A stretch of 7,690 nucleotides of DNA from Candidatus Jordarchaeales archaeon (GTDB lineage: Archaea; Asgardarchaeota; Jordiarchaeia; Jordiarchaeales; Freyrarchaeaceae): assembly GCA_038858525.1 (NCBI GenBank), contig JAWCFL010000052.1:3342-11031 (forward strand), written 5' to 3'. Every line of letters begins with the position of its first letter. Position 1 is the stretch's first letter. Positions 1 to 6,020 of this stretch are shown one piece after another. The position numbers and the translations under genes are program-made. A model generated the notes under the pieces. That model was not told the origin of the DNA. It saw only the letters and a program-made list of their open reading frames with translations, and made no database searches.

Positions 1-1
1 G

Positions 2-397
2 GAGATAGACATTAAAGGTTTACAGAGCCAGTTTGGGTATCCAGGCGGGAGAGTCATAAGGCTTAACGTTATGAGCGACGACATGGAGCGGGTGGTTGTC
101 CAAGCAGACTTCAAAATTCAGGACGGCAAACTTTTAGTTGTTGAAAACCCAAGCAGAGTTGACACGGTAATAGAGATTTCAACCAAAGCCTTCGCTTGGG
201 CGGTTTTAGGCGACAGGGTTCTCGCGGACGGAAGCATATACGACCTTGAAACAGCATGGTATCTCGGCGAGGCAAGAGTTTTCGGAACAGGAGACAGTAT
301 AAGGGCTGTACACTTCTTTAAGAATGTATGGACGCAGCTGAGGAATAACCAAAAGGCTATTGAAAAGCTGCGTCCACTCCTTGAGAGGTTGGCTTAA
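2..397 (+). CDS. 5'-truncated SCP2 (sterol carrier protein 2)-like lipid-binding domain protein
   Basis: The frame of ORF 71..397 is open back to base 2 (EIDIKGLQSQFGYPGGRVIRLNV-MSDD...), so the true start lies outside the window. The order VIRLNV...FKIQDGKLLVVE...VDTVIEISTKAFAWAVLG...ETAWYLGEARVFGTGD follows the SCP2 pattern (IQFDI...LxxxxGxxxV...ADxTxxxSxxxLxxLxxG...AFxxGKLKIxGD). Recognised by eye only. Confidence 0.6.
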   Translation, partial: EIDIKGLQSQFGYPGGRVIRLNVMSDDMERVVVQADFKIQDGKLLVVENPSRVDTVIEISTKAFAWAVLGDRVLADGSIYDLETAWYLGEARVFGTGDSIRAVHFFKNVWTQLRNNQKAIEKLRPLLERLA

Positions 398-678
398 TGG
401 CTGGAATTTTAGAGAAGCTTGCCACTGGACCAATAAGGGAAGAGATGAAGCGTAGGGTTGACGAGATTATAAGGGCTGGGGCTGAATGGAGCAAAACAGC
501 AAAGGAGCTTGAAGCAACGTTAAACCGGCTTATAGAAGCCATCCAGAAGGGAAACCCTATAGATTTGAAGCCTGTTAACGCGGGGCTGTTAAAGCTTGCA
601 AAGCAGACAAGTAGGCTTTCAAAGGCCTTCGACGACCACAGGAAGACATTAACCGAAGTGCTAGCAAAGCTCGGCTAA
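397..678 (+). CDS. 93-aa alpha-helical/coiled-coil hypothetical protein
   Basis: Translationally coupled to the upstream gene (TAATG overlap at 395-399). Amphipathic helical composition (KTAKELEATLNRLIEAIQ; LLKLAKQTSRLSKAF). Confidence 0.8.
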   Translation: MAGILEKLATGPIREEMKRRVDEIIRAGAEWSKTAKELEATLNRLIEAIQKGNPIDLKPVNAGLLKLAKQTSRLSKAFDDHRKTLTEVLAKLG

Positions 679-1664
679 ACCTTTGGGAAAGGCGCACTCC
701 ATATCCAACGGTTTACTCCGAAAAAGTAGACTACGCCTATGATCTCCAGAACTATAACAGTTAACGGGTCAAGCATAAGCCATGGAACCAAGTAAATGCT
801 CAATATCTCCATAATGGACATTAATAGAAGCTCCCTATTTCGGAGGTAGCGTCTAGGTTTGGTGAGCTGGTGAAGGAAGGAGATGATGAGTGTAGAGAAT
901 ATTACCGTTATTACCAGCCTCACTAAGGTGTAGTTTCGCCACAGTAAAAGGTAGGCAAATAGAAGGTTTAAGCCCTTGACAAGCCACGCGAAAAGCCAAG
1001 CTTTTCCTGGAGAGAAGTAGGCTGCCCCGTTTTTCTCCTTAATTTCGGCTCCTAGCCTAATCAGAAAGTTGCTGCGCTCCCTTAAGCTTAGATCTTTAAG
1101 GTGGCCACTCCATCCAATCTGGAAGAGTATCACACAGAAAGAGTACGCTAAGTACAGTGCCCCAATATAGTCTAGGCTGTTATGTGAAAGAAACCAGCCG
1201 AAAGAGCCTGCAGCTGTGAAACACACGGATATTGGAACAAAGCCTAGGATACACTCTTTACTAAGACCTGAATTGTAGGCTAGACCGAAGACAAACCATA
1301 TAAATATTGAAATTAAAGCGTTAAGCGGATTTGGGGAAAAATGCAGGCAAATCAGTATAGCTGCTAAAGCTAAGGCTGAAAGGCTCCAATGAATGACGTT
1401 GTGGGCTGCCTGTAAAGTTATTCTGCCTGCAACAAGTGGATGATGCCTTTTTGATGGATCCTTAAGGTCGTATCCCATGGCTGTGTCAAGGAGTGAGTTG
1501 TGTCCAAAGCTTATCCAGTGGACGAGTAGGGCGAAGAGGGATACGTATAAGGTTTTGAAGGAGTAAAGGCTGGCAGCTGTCAGGTAAGGTGTCAATATTA
1601 ATAGAATTGTAGCAGGTGCTGTTTGAGCTCGAAAGAGGCGAAGCCAGTCCTTAACTTTCTCCAC
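675..1664 (-). CDS. UbiA-superfamily intramembrane prenyltransferase with MenA/UBIAD1-type first motif
   Basis: 329 aa with multiple hydrophobic TM segments. N-terminal R...T..ATILLILTPY helix. Motif NSLLDTAMGYD (NxxxDxxxGxD, nt 1467-1499) followed by DPSKRHHPLVAGRIT (the RPLxxGxI equivalent). YNSGLSK matches YxxxxK. Second acidic motif is reduced to GHLKDLSLRE. GTG start with GAGGAG SD 5 nt upstream. Confidence 0.85.
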   Translation of the reverse strand: MEKVKDWLRLFRAQTAPATILLILTPYLTAASLYSFKTLYVSLFALLVHWISFGHNSLLDTAMGYDLKDPSKRHHPLVAGRITLQAAHNVIHWSLSALALAAILICLHFSPNPLNALISIFIWFVFGLAYNSGLSKECILGFVPISVCFTAAGSFGWFLSHNSLDYIGALYLAYSFCVILFQIGWSGHLKDLSLRERSNFLIRLGAEIKEKNGAAYFSPGKAWLFAWLVKGLNLLFAYLLLWRNYTLVRLVITVIFSTLIISFLHQLTKPRRYLRNRELLLMSIMEILSIYLVPWLMLDPLTVIVLEIIGVVYFFGVNRWIWSAPFPKV

Positions 1665-1824
1665 TTTTCTCCTCTTCTCTTGGAGGTTTAGCCTTCTTTA
1701 TTTTTATTTCTACATAGTCGCCTTCGTTTATTCCCATTACGATCCGCAAAGGATCCGGGATTTGTATGCGATATTCCTTTTGAACTCGAGCTACGAAGCT
1801 TTTTTCTTCACCTTCCTGGGACAT
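1651..1824 (-). CDS. 57-aa AbrB/SpoVT/MazE-like swapped-hairpin DNA-binding protein (not in ORF track)
   Basis: Hand translation: MSQEGEEKSFVARVQKEYRIQIPDPLRIVMGINEGDYVEIKIKKAKPPREEEKSGES. RIQIP..LR..MGI.EGD.VEI is the AbrB signature. It overlaps the prenyltransferase start by 14 nt, and a TATA element lies 36 nt upstream. Confidence 0.88.
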   Translation of the reverse strand: MSQEGEEKSFVARVQKEYRIQIPDPLRIVMGINEGDYVEIKIKKAKPPREEEKSGES

Positions 1825-1860
1825 TAAACTCCCTATAGTGTAGTTTGACGTCGCCTTTTT

Positions 1861-1881
1861 CTTAAACCTTTTTAAAGGCTT
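1861..1881. promoter_or_regulatory. Back-to-back divergent archaeal promoters (AbrB/UbiA operon and 36-aa peptide) within an imperfect palindrome
   Basis: Minus strand AAGGTTTAAG at 1861-1870 and plus strand TTTAAA at 1871-1876, each about 31-36 nt from an ATG. AAACCTTTTTAAAGGCTT (1864-1881) matches its reverse complement at 14 of 18 positions. Confidence 0.55.
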
Positions 1882-1907
1882 CTACAATTTTCCAATTGGG
1901 GTTGGGT

Positions 1908-2018
1908 ATGAACTGGGACTGGGTTGTTCCAGTGGTAGGCCTTATACTTTCAGGGATACTGTTCGGTGCAGGGCTAAGCTTCGCTTGGCACCTTGTGAAG
2001 TCTAGGTTCGAGAAGTAA
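1908..2018 (+). CDS. 36-aa single-pass membrane peptide (not in ORF track)
   Basis: Hand translation: MNWDWVVPVVGLILSGILFGAGLSFAWHLVKSRFEK. One clean TM helix with a basic C-terminal tail. TATA 31 nt upstream and a G-rich stretch before the ATG. It fills the gap between two minus-strand operons. Confidence 0.65.
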   Translation: MNWDWVVPVVGLILSGILFGAGLSFAWHLVKSRFEK

Positions 2019-2040
2019 AAGCGGTAAGCCTTCTAATCCC

Positions 2041-2907
2041 CTATTTTTTTAGTGTAACAAATATTTGATAGTAGGCTAAAAGGAAGCTTACGATGGCTAA
2101 TATAAATCCTATGTAGAAACCATGTAGGCTTAATATTTCACTGTATCCGCCGTACAGCCAGCATTCATGGCAGAAGTCATGCAACATAACTCCCATTGAG
2201 AGGAAGAATAGTGCCAATGATAATGGGAACATTCTGGTTAGTTTCCACCCTATTCTGGGTCCAAAAAGCTTTATGCTGATCCGCCGTATGAGGCAGTCGC
2301 TTGTAGGCGGATGTTCCTCATCATAGAGGACTAAGATTTCAGCGTCTCTGTGTAGGCAGGCTGCGGCGAAAGCTTTACCTTTATCTAGGAGCTCCTTTAC
2401 AAGTTCCTCTGCAAGCTTTTTAGTCTTCTTCAAGGCTTCACTCCATTCTTCTCCATCTATCCTTAGTTTAATGCCGTAGTTGTTGAATTTCTTAAAGTAC
2501 TCTTTCTCATCTATAGTGAATACGTAGACGTCTGTGTATCCCCAATATGTCGCCTTAAGCTTCCATGCTTCAACACCGAGTTTTTTGGCGCTACTGCAGT
2601 TTTGAGCGTAACATTCCCTGTTTGCCAGTACTTCAACGTTGTTTATGTTTACGCATTTACGGCTGTCGCTTCCCCACCAAGCGTCCTCGGCGCCATGGTT
2701 ATAGTGGCAGACGAGGACTTTTGGATGCTCCTTTAGCGTTTGCTCAACCTTTTCTCTAACAGCATCATCCTTAGCTATGTCTATGACTTTCCATCCCTTA
2801 CTTTGGGCGTAGTCAACAACTTCCTGAGCTTCATCGTAGCATATAGGGGTGACTTCATCATCCTTAATTACTGGTCTTATGACTATGATTTCGTTCAGCC
2901 TATTCAC
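2041..2907 (-). CDS. Putative caspase/gingipain-like (clan CD, caspase-hemoglobinase fold) cysteine protease with two C-terminal TM helices
   Basis: Hydrophobic strand ending in His-Gly (VLVCHYNHG, H71), then a hydrophobic strand ending in Cys (CYAQNCSS, C104), then an ATYWGY strand. This is the H-G...C dyad arrangement of clan CD. C-terminal MFPLSLALFFLSMGVML and FYIGFILAIVSFLLAYY are TM-like. GTG start overlaps the upstream stop. Confidence 0.6.
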   Translation of the reverse strand: MNRLNEIIVIRPVIKDDEVTPICYDEAQEVVDYAQSKGWKVIDIAKDDAVREKVEQTLKEHPKVLVCHYNHGAEDAWWGSDSRKCVNINNVEVLANRECYAQNCSSAKKLGVEAWKLKATYWGYTDVYVFTIDEKEYFKKFNNYGIKLRIDGEEWSEALKKTKKLAEELVKELLDKGKAFAAACLHRDAEILVLYDEEHPPTSDCLIRRISIKLFGPRIGWKLTRMFPLSLALFFLSMGVMLHDFCHECWLYGGYSEILSLHGFYIGFILAIVSFLLAYYQIFVTLKK

Positions 2908-3100
2908 CCTTCCTGGTTAGAATATCAACGCTTAACGATACTACCATTTGCACTATGGTTTTACGGAACTCCTTATCCTTGCTAAGCTTTTTGAGGAAGG
3001 ATTTCTTGTCTAGGATTTCCCTTCCCATCACGAATTTCCAGTTATTTCCTTGACGGTTTATATGGTCTATTATTGCTTTAACTATATCTTTCTCTGACAT
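2900..3100 (-). CDS. 66-aa basic hypothetical protein
   Basis: Overlaps both neighbours in a coupled operon and has protein-like composition. Confidence 0.75.
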   Translation of the reverse strand: MSEKDIVKAIIDHINRQGNNWKFVMGREILDKKSFLKKLSKDKEFRKTIVQMVVSLSVDILTRKGE

Positions 3101-3329
3101 CAGCCTTCCCCATTAAGGATTTAACTGCTTTTTCTGCAGCTTGAACAGCTTCGCGGCGGGCCTCATAATCAATTAGGAAAGCCCAAACTACGATTAGGGC
3201 TATTCCTACAATTAGGCATACAAGCCCAGAATTGAAGTCTGACTGGATGATCTGTGAACCTGTAGTGATAAGCCCAATTGCCACAGCGAAAAGGGTTCCC
3301 TTACCTGCAACCTCAGCTTTAGATACCAT
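3078..3329 (-). CDS. 83-aa two-TM small membrane protein (start revised to ATG at 3329)
   Basis: A strong SD (AGGAGGGGGTGA) directly precedes ATG 3329 (MVSKAEVAGKG...), 1 nt after the upstream TGA. Two hydrophobic segments (TLFAVAIGLITTG; GLVCLIVGIALIVVWAFLI) are followed by a charged helix. Confidence 0.8.
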   Translation of the reverse strand: MVSKAEVAGKGTLFAVAIGLITTGSQIIQSDFNSGLVCLIVGIALIVVWAFLIDYEARREAVQAAEKAVKSLMGKADVRERYS

Positions 3330-3330
3330 T

Positions 3331-3708
3331 TCACCCCCTCCTAAATGGTGTTCCAATTAACATTAACACGGCGTCAGTGATATAAAACTTCCACCATCCA
3401 ATCCTTGCGAATACTGTGTTCTTGTTCCTTATTGGGGAGCCGAAAACGCGCATGTTCATTGTTACAGGATAGTCTGGGTTGCGGTTGACTATGACGTTAT
3501 CCCAGTTGAAAACGCGTTCAGGGATTAGATAGTAAACTTTGCCTCCGTAGGGGGTGTTTCTGCTCATGTATTCGCATGCTTTGTAGATTTCTCCGATGGG
3601 TGCATGAAGCGAGGTGAAAGACATGACGCGGTAGAAAGTTGTTATGATCATCCGTTCTATAAGTGAACCCCACTTGAGATATTCTGGGGGTGGTGTAACT
3701 TCCGCCAT
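3331..3708 (-). CDS. 125-aa hypothetical protein, first gene of the protease operon
   Basis: ATG start with a TATA-like element about 32 nt upstream. Its stop is coupled to the next gene. Rich in aromatic residues, no family recognised. Confidence 0.75.
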   Translation of the reverse strand: MAEVTPPPEYLKWGSLIERMIITTFYRVMSFTSLHAPIGEIYKACEYMSRNTPYGGKVYYLIPERVFNWDNVIVNRNPDYPVTMNMRVFGSPIRNKNTVFARIGWWKFYITDAVLMLIGTPFRRG

Positions 3709-3739
3709 GAAATCACTAAAATGATATATGGGTTATTAC

Positions 3740-3795
3740 CCTAAAAAGTTTAGCTCCAATCATAAGGTTTAAGTGATTTTCCGAGATAACAAGTT
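3740..3795. promoter_or_regulatory. Divergent promoter region: minus-strand TAAACTTTTTAGG and plus-strand AAGGTTTAAG...TTTTCCGAGATAA
   Basis: BRE/TATA-like elements about 32-33 nt from the ATGs at 3708 (-) and 3807 (+). The plus-strand element is repeated at 5988-6014. Confidence 0.6.
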
Positions 3796-3806
3796 TAGGG
3801 ATAGGA

Positions 3807-4151
3807 ATGGCTGAAGTGTTAAAGAAGAAGCCCATTATAACTTTTCTAAAGGAAAGGGAAACATACTTACCACGTCCCAAACTGGTAGACTTCATCAGCG
3901 GCGAACTTGCAGGTCAGGTTGAATTGCCGCCGGGTGTAGCTCCTGAACAGGCTGTTGAAATTGTCGCTCGCTCTGAATGGGCAAGACGTTTGGCTGAGGG
4001 GGTGTGTGGGCCAGGATATGCCGGTTTCGCTCCTGGTACCCCTGAGTTTGAACGCTGCGTCTATAACGTGAGCCATCGTGTGGCTGCGCGTGTGCTTGGG
4101 TTAACTTGGGCTCCGCCTCCCACGCCTCTTCCACCAAGAAGGAGGAGATAG
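3807..4151 (+). CDS. 114-aa hypothetical protein (paralog of 6021..6449) with Pro/Arg-rich tail
   Basis: Promoter and purine-rich SD upstream. N-terminal 33 aa align without gaps to 6081 onward. Ends in APPPTPLPPRRRR. Confidence 0.85.
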   Translation: MAEVLKKKPIITFLKERETYLPRPKLVDFISGELAGQVELPPGVAPEQAVEIVARSEWARRLAEGVCGPGYAGFAPGTPEFERCVYNVSHRVAARVLGLTWAPPPTPLPPRRRR

Positions 4152-4152
4152 T

Positions 4153-4353
4153 TTGGGGATATTGTTAGACTATGCTAAGATGAGGGTTGAGGATATTGGG
4201 CGTGAGATTGAAGTTTTCGTGAGAAACCCTGTGGATTATATCCTGAGTAAGCAGACTCTACGGAAGGCTTTACTTCTGGAGTGGCTTGACAACGTGAGGC
4301 CTGTGGTTGGCACGAAATATGAGCATTGGGTGCAAGAGTTGAAGAGGAGATAA
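4153..4353 (+). CDS. 66-aa hypothetical protein
   Basis: TTG start 1 nt after the upstream stop, with AGGAGGAG SD. Helical amphipathic composition. Confidence 0.7.
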   Translation: MGILLDYAKMRVEDIGREIEVFVRNPVDYILSKQTLRKALLLEWLDNVRPVVGTKYEHWVQELKRR

Positions 4354-4411
4354 TATGAGCTTACCCTGGATAAGCTTGAGGTCTTCCGGAATGGACTAGG
4401 AGTTATTCTGT

Positions 4412-5713
4412 TTATTTAACTTTCTGGAGTTTTTCACTAGAAGATTTTCTATTCCCCAGTTTCTTTTTGAGTTCTGAGCCGTAGGCTGTTAGGCGGTATC
4501 GTGTAGCCCCGTTTGGATCTCTACTTTTCTCCACTAGCCCCATTGACTGGAAGGTTTTGAGGTGTGACGATATTGTTGCTTTGCTGAATTTGAGTTCTGA
4601 TGTGAGCTCACCCCATGTTTTGGGGGTTTCAAGTGATGTAAGCGTTGCCTTCCATTTATTACTCCATAATGGCTTCGGCTGGGATGGAACTATGCTCATA
4701 AAAAGCATTTCCGGATAGGTAGTTGTGGTGCGTGTTGGGATGGCTGTAGCTCGTCTCGTCATTCTGGGAGCCCAAGCCTCTCGATATTCCATCTGCTTCT
4801 CCACCCTAGCGACTGTCAAGTGGATAGTTTTGCCATTTAAGAGTGTATATTCCCCTGCATAGCCTTCAAACTTGATTAATACTGTTTTGGATCCGCCTCT
4901 ATTGAACACCTCTTCCTCTAGGGCTTTCTTTAATTCGTCTAGAAAGTTTCTTATAATGTCCGGTATTTTGTTGATGTCCGGTTGGAATATGCCAGTCTTG
5001 TCCTCCTTTGTTAGGGCATCTGCATAGCTTTTAATTATGGATTCCTCAAAAGCTTTCCACGAGTCTGGATGATCATACATTTCAAGCCCCAATATACCCT
5101 CATTATCAATTACTATAACTCCTACTTGGTTAACGTAGCTTGGAATGTTTTTAAGGAGCTCTTTTAAGTCTTCTCTGAATTTTTGGGTTTGCTCCACAAC
5201 GGATACGAGATCATCACGGGGGATGGGAAGAGTTGGAGTGTGGGACAAAGCTTGGGAGGCGTAGTTTGAAACGGCAGCCCATGTATAGCTCTGGTTTCTG
5301 TAAGCCAGCATGAAAGCGTAGACTTTGACAGGCGTCCTCCCAGATGGGGTGAATTTGGCTCCTGGACGTATGGCTCGTGAGGCATGGACGCAGTGGACTG
5401 GGATTTTCTCCGTTCCTCCAGCTATAACTATTCCGAACTGTGTGGCTCTAGCTTGTGTTGAGCCCTTAAGCATTGTTCCACCTGGGATGAAGACGGGTTT
5501 ATCTGTGTCAGCCTTCACCTTTGCCTCTCTAATGCTTCCAGTATCCTCAATTTTAACCTTGTCTTTAACCTCTTCTAGGACAACGTAGTTTCTTGTCCCC
5601 GGTTTCATAGCTAGAATTGGAATTATCAATGTTAGGGACTTGGAGGTGGCTCTCCAAGGCTCTGCTGGGATGTTATATCTTCCATCTTCAAGTTGACTAA
5701 TTAGGTCCCTCAT
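4412..5713 (-). CDS. ARPP-1 (DUF6569)-like domain protein fused to a C-terminal winged helix-turn-helix
   Basis: VFIPGGTMLKGSTQAR...IPVHCVHASR and NQVGVIVID...GLEMY...W...IIKSYADAL match the family pattern (GEELxGAKQNR...IPVSCVExGRW; QVGxxxxxxG...xxSYAxDA) as I recall it. A Thr-rich linker is followed by KTWGELTSELKFSKATISSHLKTFQSMGLVEK...RYRLTAYG, an ArsR/TrmB-like wHTH. Confidence 0.7.
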   Translation of the reverse strand: MRDLISQLEDGRYNIPAEPWRATSKSLTLIIPILAMKPGTRNYVVLEEVKDKVKIEDTGSIREAKVKADTDKPVFIPGGTMLKGSTQARATQFGIVIAGGTEKIPVHCVHASRAIRPGAKFTPSGRTPVKVYAFMLAYRNQSYTWAAVSNYASQALSHTPTLPIPRDDLVSVVEQTQKFREDLKELLKNIPSYVNQVGVIVIDNEGILGLEMYDHPDSWKAFEESIIKSYADALTKEDKTGIFQPDINKIPDIIRNFLDELKKALEEEVFNRGGSKTVLIKFEGYAGEYTLLNGKTIHLTVARVEKQMEYREAWAPRMTRRATAIPTRTTTTYPEMLFMSIVPSQPKPLWSNKWKATLTSLETPKTWGELTSELKFSKATISSHLKTFQSMGLVEKSRDPNGATRYRLTAYGSELKKKLGNRKSSSEKLQKVK

Positions 5714-5722
5714 ACAATCACA

Positions 5723-5745
5723 AGGTTCAGTTTAATACTGAACCT
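5723..5745. promoter_or_regulatory. Perfect 9-bp inverted repeat AGGTTCAGT-N5-ACTGAACCT, candidate operator
   Basis: Read directly from the sequence. It lies between the minus-strand TATA box TTTAAATA (5747-5754) and the ATG at 5713. Confidence 0.75.
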
Positions 5746-5987
5746 CTATTTAAAGTTTAGGTTTTAACTAAACTATTCCGAAGCTTCTGAGAAGTGTTAA
5801 AAAGCCTAAGGCCACAGGAAATAATGTCCCGGCGAGCTCACTAGTTGACGATAGTAAAGTTGAAGCCCTAATAGAACAAAAATCAGAGAGAAGTTGGCGG
5901 TTCCAATGCGAGGACTCCTTTATAGGCTAAAGGAGAAGTTGGCAGAGTTCAGCACTCTCTCTGAAATAGAAGGGTATAACTCACAAG

Positions 5988-6014
5988 AAGGTTTATGTGC
6001 CTTTTCGGAGATAA
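5988..6014 (+). promoter_or_regulatory. Extended promoter motif AAGGTTTATGTGCCTTTTCGGAGATA(A), a copy of 3764-3790
   Basis: 23 of 28 aligned columns are identical to the element upstream of gene 3807. Confidence 0.65.
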
Positions 6015-6020
6015 GAGTTA

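Noticed and set aside
963-972. Exact AAGGTTTAAG promoter-like 10-mer antisense inside the prenyltransferase gene
   Set aside because: No downstream plus-strand ORF and no extended GAGATAA element. It cannot be told from chance in AT-rich coding DNA without TSS data.
3078-3329. Calling the two-TM protein a holin
   Set aside because: Size and topology are compatible but not diagnostic, and no lysis enzyme is recognisable nearby.
4358-4376. Short hairpin AGCTTA-N7-TAAGCT between convergent genes, plus a 14-codon ORF at 4356-4400
   Set aside because: Only a 6-bp stem with no U-tract, so too weak to call a terminator or operator. The ORF is too short and unsupported.
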